From Eledone cirrhosa (taxonomy: Eukaryota), in assembly GCA_964016885.1 (NCBI GenBank), contig OZ024746.1, forward strand, positions 100,998,001-101,062,000: a DNA stretch of 64,000 nucleotides, written 5' to 3'. The position numbers were made by a program, and so were the translations under genes. Below are positions 51,278 to 63,639 of this stretch, piece by piece. Below the pieces are notes generated by a model, which did not search any database, was not told the origin of the DNA, and saw only the letters and a list, made by a program, of their open reading frames with translations. Numbering within the stretch: position 1 is the stretch's first letter; every line of letters starts with the position of its first letter.

Positions 51278-52539
51278 AAGTAACGCATGACAATGTTGTT
51301 TTGCTCTAGGTCAGCTTTGATCGAGTAGACCTTTCGTTAAAAGCATTCCAGCCTGTATTTTTGTATATTTAGGACTTCATTAACGAATGGTTGTTCTGGG
51401 AAAAGGGGGCTAAGCCCATAGCCTTCACAGTCCCTCCCAGTTCTTCAGATCAACATGTTCTTTTTGAACGTGCTGGGATAGATTCCTAGATGGATAATAA
51501 GGTTTCGACGTAAGGGTTAATGTAGGGCCTGCATGGAGGAGACAATATGTGATGTGTCAGGGATGCCTGAACGGGGCTGGAAGATAACCCAATGTGACTG
51601 AAGATATAGAAAAGGCAGAGACGCGAAAGTATGTATGTGAACCAAATGTTGGTAAGTGTTAGTGAATGAGTCTTTTTAGATACCGTCTATGATGTCTGTG
51701 TGTGTAACCAGAACCGCATTAAGAATATTTGAGTTCTCTGAGCAAAATGTTGCGGGGTCTAACCCTCTGCTGCTCCCAACACATTCAAATTAAGTTTTTC
51801 AGTTAAAAAAATGTGCGTCCTTTCATTTAGGTAGAAAGTTTATTGTAGGTAATGTTGCCTTTAATGTATGGGTCATCGGGTACATTTTCAGAGTGTGGTT
51901 TTAACATAGGGAAGCATAAATTTCAGCTTATCTAATATAACTTTAGATATATGTTTGGAAGAGTCTTGCATTCTCCATCGTGGACAATGTCGAGCTTGAG
52001 TTACTTCCATTCATTGAGTTGAGTAGACTCAATCTACTAATGGATACATTAAATGGCTTCGTCCAATACTCTTTCTCTCTAACCCAAACTCTCTTATAAT
52101 CCTACATATTGGGGTAAGTATATACGAAAATTAAAGAGATGTCATGTACAATTACTTATTGTTCCCCTTTAATTGGCGGTTAGAGTCGTATTTTGCAAAC
52201 CTGTCAATGTTTCCTGTGTGTTAAATATATTCTTTCAGACATTATGATGTACGTGTCGTTATCATAAAGAATTACCTTCTATCAAGGTAGCTTTCTCTAT
52301 AACTAGTATTGTATAGAACAGGGGTAGGAAACCCTGGCCTGCCAACAGGTTTCAGTCTTAGGCTAAGTGATCCCTGAAAATGTGCTCTGAATTATTTAAG
52401 ATTTATAAAACCGACCAGAGAACATGTCTGGCCACAAGACTCAGCTGAACGTAATGTTTTAACGTGACAGTAACAAACAATCAAACTCAGACAGAGAGAA
52501 TAGTCAGACATCGAGGTCAAGGGGACTCTGTGTGTATAC

Positions 52540-52907
52540 CAGGGGCGAAGGGTCCGTGCATGCAACGCATCCAGTGCATGCGTTATAGAATCTTGAGTTG
52601 ATCAATTGCGTCGGATGAAACAAGCAGAATTTTGGTTGCTTACTAAAACGTATAGACACACAAAAATAAAATAACACACACACACACAAACACACGACAG
52701 CTTTGGGGCAAGCAGAATTTCGACTGCTTACTAAATCGTAGACACATAAAAAGATAACACACACACACACACTAGATAACACTACATACTTTGACAGGGA
52801 GGGTCATTTAGAGGGAATTGGGAGGAGGGGGTAAGGCTACACAGCCCCACTTTCCGGCATGGCGATTGGACTGCATGTCCTGCTTTCCAGGTTACCCTTC
52901 GCCACTG
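52540..52907. mobile_element. hAT-type MITE nested inside the Charlie-like element
   Basis: TIRs CAGGGGCGAAGGGT / ACCCTTCGCCACTG. Perfect 8-bp TSD GTGTATAC (52532-52539 and 52908-52915). Confidence 0.85.
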
Positions 52908-53137
52908 GTGTATACATAGTATATATGGCAGGTTCGCTGACTTCCGTTGGTACAGACATCACTTTAAATTACTTGGGTCTCCGTACAAAACAGATGTGGA
53001 GACAGTGGATGGAGGATTATCAGTTGGAGTTGATTGACTTACAATGAATTTCTGAAATGAAAATTTCATTCTGAATCAGTCATTGACTTCTACAAGAAAT
53101 ATGTTTTGTCAAGTGGAAAGTATAAAAACCTCTTGAA

Positions 53138-53570
53138 TAATTGTTTCTACTTTTGGCACAAGGCCAGCAATTACCAGGTGCATTACTGGTACTTTATTTT
53201 ATCGATCTTGTAAGGATGAAAGGCAAAGTTAACCTCGGCGGGATTTGAACTCAGAATAGCAAGGGCTGTAACTCTATACGTCAAAGCATGGTATCCGACC
53301 CTCTACCGAACTGCCAATCCACCACCCATGGTGTCCGACCCTCTACCGATACTGCCAATCTACCACCCATGGGGTCCAACCCTCTACCGATACTGCCAAT
53401 CTACCACCCATGGAGTCCAACCCTCTACCGATACTGCCAATCTACCACCCATGGGATCCAACCCTCTACCGATACTGCCAATCCACCACCCATGGTGTCT
53501 GACCCTCTACCGATACTGCCAATCCACCACCCATGGTGTCCGACCCTCTACCGATACTGTCAATCCACCA
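53138..53570 (-). mobile_element. SINE family A with about 7 tandem 41-bp copies of its head
   Basis: Body at 53138-53290, then CATGGTGTCCGACCCTCTACCGATACTGCCAATCCACCACC repeats. Confidence 0.88.
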
Positions 53571-54269
53571 GCCAAAATTTATCATATTTTGATATCATGG
53601 CCAGCCGACGAGACACTGCGTGGCCCACACAAGGTTGCTGACCTTTGCTATAGAACATGTATGTTAGTTAATTTCTATGTACTTATGTTAATCTTCCTCC
53701 TCCTCCTTCTTCGCCCACTTATTTCTGAGAGTGTTGTTGGGGCAGAGTCCTCAAACACTCCTTCCAGTGGGTTCTGTCAGAAGCAACCATCTTCAACTGA
53801 TTCAGCTGGGTCCCCAAGCAAGACCAGATGAGCTTTTAGGAGAGGTGTTCACCATTTTTGAAGGCTGCATTGTTTTTTATGATGTAGAGGGGAGTTCGTT
53901 TCCCTAGCTTGGCTCGTAGAACATCTCTTCTAATTGTGGTTAAGGTATAGGTACGCAATTAAGCAAATAAAAAAACATACCTCGAGATTATATATACATG
54001 AGTATTTTAATCAGAGCAATTAACAAAACAGGTTATCATATCAGTTGTTCCTAGGTTGGTAATTGGTAATTATCTTTAATTGACAGTCTTCAATGATCCC
54101 GTGACCGAATGGTGTGCTATCGCTGTTTCACCATCGTGAAAATGCGTCCGTTCGCCTCTCGAGACACCAGTCGAAGAGAAAGTTTTTTCAGCTGCTGATG
54201 TCAGAACGTGACGTCAGAACTAAGGGCAGTTAATCGACTGCCTACAAAGTCAAGGCTAGGTGGCGTGAT

Positions 54270-54700
54270 CTTCGACAAGCTCATGGATGTTATCCAACCA
54301 TCTTGCTTGGGGTACTACCTCTGGGTCTCCTGCCGGCTGGTTTTGCCCATAGAATCTGTCCAGTGATTCCTTTCTCAGACATTCTAACCACATGCTCTGG
54401 GTTTCAGCATCCGGAGGTTGGGACTAACATTTTTTCGGCAGAGCTGTTCCGTTAGAGAATGGATCACAGGTGGCTGATAGTGATACGGCCACCAGATATG
54501 ATGGTTAGTTGCAATATAAGAGGACAGCTGCTGGACAAATAAGCAACACTGGACAAACAGACTAGGAGAGTGGCACTTGTAACTCCCAAGAAAACTCTCA
54601 GTGATGTAGCTACAAGGTGAATAAAAAATCCTCGTCATCGCAAGATTAACAAAGTACCAGATTGGTGACTGGCGCAAATAAGACGACCGGAACTGCAATA
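54270..54700 (-). mobile_element. Decayed RTE-like LINE C-terminal fragment
   Basis: RWxGH-like and GRRPRG-like remnants, similar to 60250-60600. Confidence 0.5.
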
Positions 54701-54967
54701 TGGTGAGAGGAATGAAAAAGAATCATACTGCAGCATTGTCTTTCATGCAGGTTAATAAAAAGATGCATTCAGGCCTTAGGTAGAGGGGCCTGTGATCTGT
54801 CCTGGGAGGTGTGGGATAGATGCACAAAAATTGCATATACTGAGACCCCAAAGAGGGTTCAGAAGGGAGCAAACCATAACATGTTAATTTTATATAGGAT
54901 ACATTTTTAAAATGGGATATTAATTCATACAATTGCTGTTGTTATTAAACCCCTGTTTTGGATTGTT

Positions 54968-55055
54968 GATTTCTACATGTTTGGTGTATGATTTCTACAT
55001 GTTTGGTGTATGATTTCTACATGTTTGGTGTATGATTTCTACATGTTTGGTGTAT
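54968..55055. repeat. Four perfect copies of 22-bp GATTTCTACATGTTTGGTGTAT
   Basis: Direct tandem. Confidence 0.95.
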
Positions 55056-55631
55056 CACTGTTTTACTACCGAGTAGTAAATATCCTCATGGTAAGCATTA
55101 TCGAGTTTTTCCCACTTTTGATTAAACACATTACACATTTACACATTACACATTTAACTAAATAAAGGACTCCTTTTACATTTAGTCAGGTAAGATTTCA
55201 AAGAGTTCAGAAAAGGAAGGCATATTTGTCAAGAAGAAAAAAGTTATATGTCCACTATATTTTGTGAATAAGTGTCTGTTCTGCTAAGTTAGCATATCTT
55301 ATGGCTTGCAATGTAGCGAGTACACACTCTAGCTAGCCAGCCTTACTGGGGTCAATACTGGCTGAGAACATGTTACCAATACAGGCTAGTTAAATATTAC
55401 TACATTTGCACACATCCCACACTACAACTATACTTATGTTTCTGTTGTTCATTGCTGCACATTACAATTACTGGTATCTTGTTCATTTGTTAATCCTTAT
55501 CCATGTGATATCATCTTCCCCATGGTAATATCACTTCACACCACAACAAACAACTTTTTGTTGCCTTGAATATGCAAAACCTTTCTCGACTCCCTGAGAC
55601 CAGCTTCACTTGCCATTATTTGACCAACAAA

Positions 55632-55842
55632 AGGGTGGTGGATTGGCAGTATTGGTAGACAGTCGGACACCATACTTTTCAGCATAGAGTTACTGCCTTT
55701 TACAGTCTGAGTTCAAATCCCGCCGAGGTTAACTTTGCCTTTCATCCTTATAGGGTCGATAAAATAAAGCACCAGTAACGTACTGGGGTCAATTTAATCG
55801 ACTTTCCCTTCCCCCCAAATTACTGGCCTTGTGCCTATACTT
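55632..55842 (+). mobile_element. SINE family A
   Basis: Full head, B-box GAGTTCAAATCCCG, body and tail. Confidence 0.88.
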
Positions 55843-56149
55843 CAATTGCCATTATTTGACCAACAAGTTACCCACTCATCAACTTCTCATTTCATCACTA
55901 CTACTACAAATGAACGAATCAATGGAGCAACAACAAACCAAAAAATAAAACATTTCAACCGTCAGATGTTATGAATTTAATGGAAATTCATGCCAAGTTT
56001 TTCATATGGTTTATCCCATATATGGTTTGCATTTTTCATATCAAGTACCTCTGTACAAACTTCTCAGTGAACTGATCTACTTGTTTTTTTATTTTGCTCA
56101 AGCATTGAGTAAAGTTTTCCACTGTTCCTCGGAGATCTGTATCAGTTAA

Positions 56150-56582
56150 TATTTTATGTCTTCTCTATTTCAATGACTATCCTAACAATATTGTTATTTT
56201 CATGGTTGTTAACATTTTTATTCTGTTGAAGATCTTGCTTCAGTATTACTATCCAGGTCTTGTGTGATGTTAATAAAGATTCTAGAATACAGACGCCCTC
56301 CTCGTGAGGGAAATACAGCCTATCCATATCCCCACTGATGTTGAAATTTCCAGTAACATTGAGCTGCTTGAGTTCTTATAGCCATCTCATTCAATTCTTG
56401 TACCAACTAGTCCAGAAGGCTAAATGTAGGTGCGTGGACACAACAAAGGTGTTATGAGCAATATGTTGCAGGCTGAGAGATGACCCTATTCACTTTACTC
56501 TCTTAAGGTATTAATTTTTGGTCCTCTCTTTATTTACGGGTCAATCATATCTGACATTCTCATCCTGTTGGAAATACCCATA
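56150..56582 (-). mobile_element. Decayed R4/Dong-like RLE retrotransposon fragment
   Basis: TGNFNISGDMDRLYFPHEEG resembles the post-RT motif FHxxxDxDRLYxPRxxGGRGL. Upstream IAHNTF and LLD remnants. Confidence 0.5.
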
Positions 56583-58008
56583 GGCATCTAACTGTAGATG
56601 TAACATTGTCAAGATGTAGTTGACATCTAACTGTAGAGGTGACATTGACTACTGTAGTTGACATCTAACTGTAGAGGTGACATTGTCTACTGTAGTTGAC
56701 ATCTAACTGTAGAGGTGACATTGTCTACTGTAGTTGACATCTAACTGTAGAGGTTACATTGTCAAGATGTAGTTGACATCTAACTGTAGAGGTGACATTG
56801 ACTACTGTAGTTGACATCTAACTGTAGAGGTGACATTGTCTACTGTAGTTGACATCTAACTGTAGAGGTTACATTGTCAAGATGTAGTTGACATCTAACT
56901 GTAGAGGTTACATTGTCAAGATGTACTTGTCATCTAACTGTAGAGGTTACATTGTCTACTGTAGTTGACATCTAACTGTAGAGGTTACATTGTCAAGATG
57001 TAGTTGACATCTAACTGTAGAGGTTACATTGTCAATATGTAGTTGACATCTAACTGTAGAGGTTACATTGTCTACTGTAGTTGACATCTAACTGTAGAGG
57101 TTATATTGTCAATATGTAGTTGACATCTCACTGTAGAGGTTACATTGTCAAGATGTAGTTGACATCTGACTGTAGAGGTTACATTGTCTACTGTAGTTGA
57201 CATCTAAATGTAGAGGTGACATTGTCTACTCTAGTTGACATCTAACTGTAGAGGTTACATTGTCAAGTTGTAGTTGACATCTAACTGTAGAGGTTACATT
57301 GTCAAGTTGTAGTTGACATCTAACTGTAGAGGTTACATTGTCAAGATGTAGTTGACATCTAACTGTAGAGGCTATATTGTCAATATGTAGTTGACATCTC
57401 ACTGTAGAGGTTACATTGTCAAGATGTAGTTGACATCTGACTGTAGAGGTTACATTGTCTACTGTAGTTGACATCTAACTGTAGAGGTGACATTGTCTAC
57501 TCTAGTTGACATCTAACTGTAGAGGTTACATTGTCAAGTTGTAGTTGACATCTAACTGTAGAGGTTACATTGTCAAGATGTAGTTGACATCTAACTGTAG
57601 AGGTTACATTGTCAAGATGTAGTTGACATCTAACTGTAGATGTGACATTGTCTACTGTAGTTGACATCTAACTGTAGAGGTTACATTGTCAAGATGTACT
57701 TGCCATCTAACTGTAGAGGTTACATTGTCAAGATGTAGTTGACATCTAACTGTAGAGGTTACATTGTCAAGATGTAGTTGACATCTAGCTGTAGAGGTTA
57801 CATTGTCAAGATGTAGTTGACATCTAGCTGTAGAGGTTACATTGTCAAGATGTAGTTGACATCTAACTGTAGAGGTTATATTGTCAAGCTGTAGTTGACA
57901 TTTAACTGTAGAGGTTACATTGTCAAGATGTAGTTGACATCTAACTGTAGAGGTTACATTGTCTACTGTAGTTGACATCTAACTGTAGAGGTTACATTGT
58001 CAAGATGT
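56583..58008. repeat. Minisatellite, 38/39-bp unit GTAGTTGACATCTAACTGTAGAGGTTACATTGTC(AAGAT/TACT)
   Basis: Direct tandem periodicity. Confidence 0.97.
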
Positions 58009-58239
58009 TACTGATTAGTTTCGTAACAGATGGCACAATTTTTGTTTTACCAATAAAAATACAGTTGAGCTACTAAATTTCATTGCAATGTTTGTGATGT
58101 GGTTGATATTTAGCCCATACAACTTGAGTTTGTCTATAAAAAAGGCGAGAGATGGACCGTTCACTCAATTACACAAGAGAAGGGATGCTGGAGTTATTCT
58201 CTTACTCCATGCATTGTATTAATAGATTTTTTGTTAATT

Positions 58240-58442
58240 ATGATTTCTAGCATAGGCACAAGGCCAGTAATTTGGGGGCAGGGGAAAGTCGATTAAATCA
58301 ACCCCAGTGCGTGACTAGTACTTTATTTTATAGACTCCGTAAGGATGAAAAGCAAAGTTAACCTCGGCAGGATTTCAACTCAGACCGTAAAGGGGCGTAA
58401 CTCTATGCTGCAAATCCATGGATACTGCCAATCCACCGCCCT
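58240..58442 (-). mobile_element. SINE family A
   Basis: Reverse-complement match with a small head deletion. Confidence 0.85.
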
Positions 58443-58714
58443 TTGGTTAATAATAGCATCATCAAAGCTTATTTTATCGTTTGATTAAATTACCAGTCTT
58501 TCAACAGCGGCCTTGTTTTAACCAGTACGTGTGTTTATCAAACACACGCCACTTAATTTATTTTTTGTTGACGCTGACGAGAACTAGTTTCCTCCAAATC
58601 AGTGTTTTTTTCCTTCATATACTCTGAAGCCATTAATGCCCCCCACTCCGATATAAAGTCCCAGGAAATGTCTTCGTCTTCGAAGATAACATTTTTATTT
58701 TCTCTCTGACAGCT

Positions 58715-58760
58715 GTCACATGATCATACCTGTCACGTGATAGCTACTTCCTTAGTAACG
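58715..58760 (+). promoter_or_regulatory. Candidate promoter of the MNS1-like gene: two E-boxes and a degenerate RFX X-box
   Basis: GTCACATGA (58715-58723), GTCACGTGA (58732-58740) and CTTCCTTAGTAAC (58747-58759), about 320 bp upstream of the ATG exon. Confidence 0.4.
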
Positions 58761-58902
58761 GTCTTCGTGTGTTGTGTTTGGCTTCGACTGTTGTGAATCT
58801 ATATATCTACCTACCTACCTATCTCTCTATTGATCTATTTATATATCCACCTACCTATCTATATATCTATCTATCTATTTCTTTCTCTCTCTCTCTCTCT
58901 AC

Positions 58903-58947
<45 letters not shown>

Positions 58948-59075
58948 ATGTATGTATGTATTCATGACGACGGTCAAGAAAACCGTCGTCATGAATGTGA
59001 GGGTTTAGTTTTTAATATAGTTTCATCACATCGTTACCACCAGTTACTGTTGACATTCTAACTTCACATTCCATC

Positions 59076-59078
59076 ATG
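59076..59078 (+). CDS. MNS1: MNS1-like gene, candidate exon 1 (ATG only)
   Basis: CCATCATG|gtaagt: a strong phase-0 donor directly after an ATG, matching the phase-0 exon at 62735. Confidence 0.55.
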
Positions 59079-59354
59079 GTAAGTTAAATTACTTCTCACA
59101 ATGTCGAAACAGTAGGTCTCACCTCTTTCCCTAGCCTCATTCTTTATACCCAGTTTAATATATGTTCAGTAAAAGTTTACAAACAAACTCTAATGAAATC
59201 TCCAGTATAAATAAATAAAGCTACTGTCTTCAATGTACATCTCCCTAAACTTATTCGCTTTTCGATACCGAAAAGTTAATTAACACTTCAGTATAAACAA
59301 GTTCCGTATGCGGCAATAAATAATTAACAATCTCTTAATGTTTAGATATATATT

Positions 59355-59515
59355 AGATACAATTTCGGCCGTTTATGTTCTGAATTCAAATTTTGCCGAG
59401 TTTAGCTTTGCCTTTTATCCTTCCGGGATCGATAAAATATAGTACCAGTCATATACTGAGGCCAATGTCATCGATTTCCCCTCCTCACAAATTGGGCCTG
59501 AATTAGAAATCTTTA
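59355..59515 (+). mobile_element. SINE, diverged family-A-related subfamily
   Basis: GAATTCAAATTTTGCCGAG..GCCTTTTATCCTTCCGGGATCGATAAAAT..AGTACCAGT. Confidence 0.7.
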
Positions 59516-59799
59516 TCCTTTGTTCTTTGAATTGTTTTCTTTCCTTATTAAATACGAATAGGCTATGTAGCCGGTAAACCCTAAAGGGACACAACACATC
59601 GCTATAGTGTTTCACCAGCCCCTTATTTCTGTTGTTTGTATCTGTTTATGTATTTACCTACAGATGTGTGTGTATGTAACTAAAGTGTAATGTATGTTAC
59701 AAATGTATGTTACAAATGGACGACTAAATGATTTTAACTTGTTTATAATCAATTGATGGTGGAAAAGATTTCAAATTGCTTCAACTTGGGCCGCTTCCT

Positions 59800-59988
59800 A
59801 AATAATTGTTTCTACTTTTGGCACAAGGCCAGCAATTAATCAGTATATTACTGGTACTTTATTTTACCGACCCCGCAAGGAAAAAGAGCAAAGTTAACCT
59901 CGGCGGGATTTGAACTCAGACCGTAAAGGGATGTAACTCTATGCTGCAAGCATGGCGTCCGACCCTCTGCCGATACTGCCAATCCACT
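59800..59988 (-). mobile_element. SINE family A
   Basis: Reverse-complement match. Confidence 0.85.
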
Positions 59989-60249
59989 TAAATAATACAC
60001 TTCATTTAAATACAAACGTGCTATCTGAGGTATCGAACCATATAGAGATGAATAGATCGAAATTAAACAATTTATACCAAGTATAAATCAATGGATACAT
60101 TTTTTATAAAGAGAAATAAGGACTATATTTTGAACATATGAACAATAGAATCTTATCAAATGTTCAGTTATCCCTATTCTTTTATATGTTGATTTTATCA
60201 TTCATTTAGCAGACTTGCATGCTTCTTTCAAGATTGGGATCAAAGTCTT

Positions 60250-61482
60250 TGTCTTCTTTTTCTCCCGAGAAGGTCCTGGGGACAGAGTTATCAACCACCC
60301 CTTCCAGCAGATCTTGTCAGAAGCAACCATCTCCAACTGATCCAGCTGGATCCCCAAGCGAGACCAGCCAAGCACATGGATATTATCCAACCACCTTGAT
60401 CATGGTCTATCCCTGGATCTCCTGACAGTTGGTTTTGCCCGTAAAATCTGTCCAGTGATTCTTTCCTGAGACATTCTAACCACATGTCCATAGTATTGGA
60501 TCTGTGATCTCTCAATCCGGAGAAGTAGCAGCTCTACCAGGAGTGACTCTCTGATCTCTGAGCTATACACTCTATCAAGTAACATTACTCCAAAGACTCT
60601 TCAGAGGAACCCCATTTTGGCCGCTTGTATTTGCAATCATATTCTTTCAGTAATTACCCAAGATTCATGACCATAGGTAAGGGTTGGCATGAATACCGAA
60701 TAGTGAGTTTGGCTTTTACGCTTACCTCCCTTCTGATTACTGAATGCTGAAGCTGGCACATTATTGCACCAGCTTCTGCTTAATTTAGCTTCCAGTCTTC
60801 CATCACTTGTGAACACAGCCCTGAGATACTTGAACTTCTCTACTTGCTTCAGTAGAACTCCATTCACATGTAGAGTGCACTGATTTTACACCCACCATCA
60901 CTTTGAACCTGGTTGTCAATCCTGAACAAGAGAGGTGACAGTACACACCCTTGGTGGAGTCCGACTCCCACAATGAATGGTTTCAAGTTAGCATCATCTA
61001 TCCGAACACAAATACTTGGGCATTCGTATAGAGACATCAGGGCAGCAAGAAACTGACCATTGATCCCATACTCCTGCAGAACCTTCCTCAGCATGTCCCT
61101 GTGTCACACCAAGCATCTTTCGCCCTCAGCATTTAACAGCTAAAACAGAGTCTGCTGCGCTAAACAATCTCCACTCCATCTCAACATCCTTAGTTTGTTC
61201 AGGGAGTTCTCTGAATTTAGATGTAATAGTATCTGCATACCTGGTCCTGACCTCCTTATCCACCAATGCTTCCCACTTTATCCTGTAGGTCACCCTGGAC
61301 CTGCCAGTTTTGTGGGCTTCCTTGGCTTTAGTTAGTCTCAAGTTGCAGGTAACTAGATGGTTATTAGTTGACAGCTCAGCCCCTCTCTTAACACAAACAT
61401 CCAGCACAGAATCAAAGAGATCAGAGACAATAACAAAATCAATTATTGATCTCTGTCCCTGCTTCCCCTTATGCCATGTATA
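60250..61482 (-). mobile_element. Decayed RTE-clade LINE of a second family (Expander/Rex3-like)
   Basis: RSIIDFVIVS, ELSTNNHLV, GLHQGCVLSPLLF, VEKFKYL, PTLTYGHESW, YYGHVVRM. Confidence 0.8.
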
Positions 61483-61486
61483 TTAT

Positions 61487-61820
61487 GGAGGCACATGGCT
61501 TAGTGGTTAGAGCATTGGCCTTGCAATCGAAAGGTTGTGAGTTCAATTCTCAGACTGGGTGATGTGTTGTTTCCTTGAGCAAGACACTTTATTTCACATT
61601 GCTTCAGTTTACTCAGCTGTAGAAATGAGATGATAGGACTAGGGTCCATATCATTCCACTGCAAAGTGGTCGTGGAGGTGGCACGGCAAAAAAGCACCCA
61701 GCACTCACTGTAAATGAGGTTGGTGTTAGGAAGGGCATCCAGCTGTAGAAATCAAGCCAGTATCAGTTCCCGTCCCACCCTAGCAAGCAGAGAAAAGCGG
61801 ACGTAAAATGATGATGATGT
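61487..61820 (+). mobile_element. tRNA-derived SINE, family B
   Basis: A-box TGGCTTAGTGG, B-box GAGTTCAATTC, CORE-like CCTTGAGCAAGACACTT, RTE-type tail ending GGACGTAAAAT(GAT)n. Confidence 0.88.
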
Positions 61821-62734
61821 ATCTGTGCTGGAAGAAGTTGTTCATAATAGAGAGTCCATTACTAGGACAGAAGTCTAGTTAGTCCATAAATATATTTCTG
61901 GTAACTTTGGTAAATTTATAGAACACCCCCATCAATTTCAGTGGGAAATAATTATTTTTCCTTATTTCTTTTTCGTCTATCCAACTAATTTTACTTCCAA
62001 ACATGTTGCAAAGGACTTTTTCTCCTGGAAAACAGGGAGAAGGGGGAATCCTCAGACCTGCCTCCCCTCCCAGAGTTTTCATTACTTTCTAACTCTAATC
62101 TCTCCCCCCCCCCCCCAGAGGGGAGGTTCCGAGGAACAACAAAGAGCTTCTCTCTCAGAGTGAAGGGTAGACTATAATACTTGTGTACAACCTGAAATGC
62201 TACATAGCAATGAGAAATGAGCCTTGAATGCAGAAGATCTGTGAATGCCAGAAAGAAATGAAGCCAGCATGTTCCAGTGCATGTGTAATGTTAGTGTGCA
62301 TGAATGATGTAACATAACCAAGCAGAGAGAGAATCTGATGTAGTGTGCATGGGGGAAGATTGTTCTGGTATAGACATGTGATATGTAGGGAAGATGACTT
62401 CTGTTGTATAAAGAAGTGCTGAGATATCTTAGATTGGATTAGTGGTAGACCAAAGAAGACATGGGATGAATTAATGAAGATTGCCATTCTTAGGCAGCTG
62501 AACCTCACTGCAGAGATAACAAAGGACTGATAACAAATAGCTACTGAAGATAATCCATTTCTGCTGTAGTGTCCACTACCCCCCCCCCCACTCTGAAGAT
62601 GCCCCCCCCCCCATTTCTGCTGTAGTATCCACCATCCCCCCTCTCCCCATAAATATAACCATTTATTTTTTTCAGTTGCTTTCAAACACTCAAATTCATT
62701 TTTTTTATTGTTTTAACCTTTAATATTTCTCCAG

Positions 62735-62941
62735 AAAAAACTTCAACAGCAGCACAGAGAAAAGAGAATGTCTTTTATCAGCAGACAGGATGAAATACGA
62801 GAGCAGACAATGAAACAGTTAAAAGAAGAGAATGCCTACAAATTTCATAACAACTTAGAAAACTTAATCGAAGAAAGAAGATTTAATCGTCGGATTGCCC
62901 TTGAGATAAAGGAGAAAGAAATAGAAGAAAATCTTGAATAT
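62735..62941 (+). CDS. MNS1: MNS1-like (meiosis-specific nuclear structural protein 1; ciliary coiled coil) exon 2; gene continues beyond the window
   Basis: Acceptor ttaatatttctccag, donor TAT|gtgagg. 207 nt, phase 0/0. KKLQQQHREKRMSF..ENLIEERRFNRRIALEIKEKEIEENLEY resembles the MNS1 N-terminus as recalled (..NRVQRKQFLRLLQNEQFELDMEEAIQK). Exon status is stronger than the gene identity. Confidence 0.62.
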
Positions 62942-63592
62942 GTGAGGTTTTGTTATTTTTATTTACTTAAAAGGATGATTTGCAGTAACATCATCATCGT
63001 TTAATGTCTATCTTCCACGCTAGCATGGGTTAGATGGGCTAGCATGGGTTAGCAGTAACAGTAGAATATTTAATGCTGCCTAATTAAAAGACATCATTAT
63101 TTCTATTTACTAGGGGTCGATTTAATCGACTTTCCCCTCCCCTAAAATTGCTGGCCTTGTGTCTATATAGGAAACCAATATTTCTATTTACTTGTTTCTT
63201 GAGAGGTTTAATTTTGTAACTTTTCTATTACAAAGAATGTAGTAGAATTTTGGTTGACATACAATGTTCAAGATTAATGGATAATGTAAAAGTAAAACTG
63301 ATACTGCAACATTCAAGGACATTTTTTCGCTATATATTCTAACAGTGTATAGTTGTCTATATTTGACCCCATTACTAAATGACTTTTATTTCTTTTATTG
63401 GAGTAGATGTGTTATGTGTTGAAATATTTAGTTACATTGTTTTAGATAAAAAATTCCAACCTTTTTAGGATTGACTTTGTACTGATACCAGTCACATAGA
63501 ACATTTGAATTATATTCTCTTGAAAAACTACTAGTTTTGATGAGATTTTGAAACCAATAGTCAATATTAATACCACACACACATACACACCC

Positions 63593-63628
<36 letters not shown>

Positions 63629-63639
63629 GAAAGAAGATA

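Larger units (their letters stand above)
52319..53647. mobile_element. Non-autonomous hAT (Charlie-like) element
   Basis: Ends CAGGGGTAGGAAACC and GGTTGCTGACCTTTG. 8-bp flanks GTATAGAA / CTATAGAA (7 of 8 identical). Confidence 0.6.

Noticed and set aside
61487-61560. tRNA gene
   Set aside because: A and B boxes are present, but the sequence continues into a SINE body and tail and is duplicated at 39152-39480.
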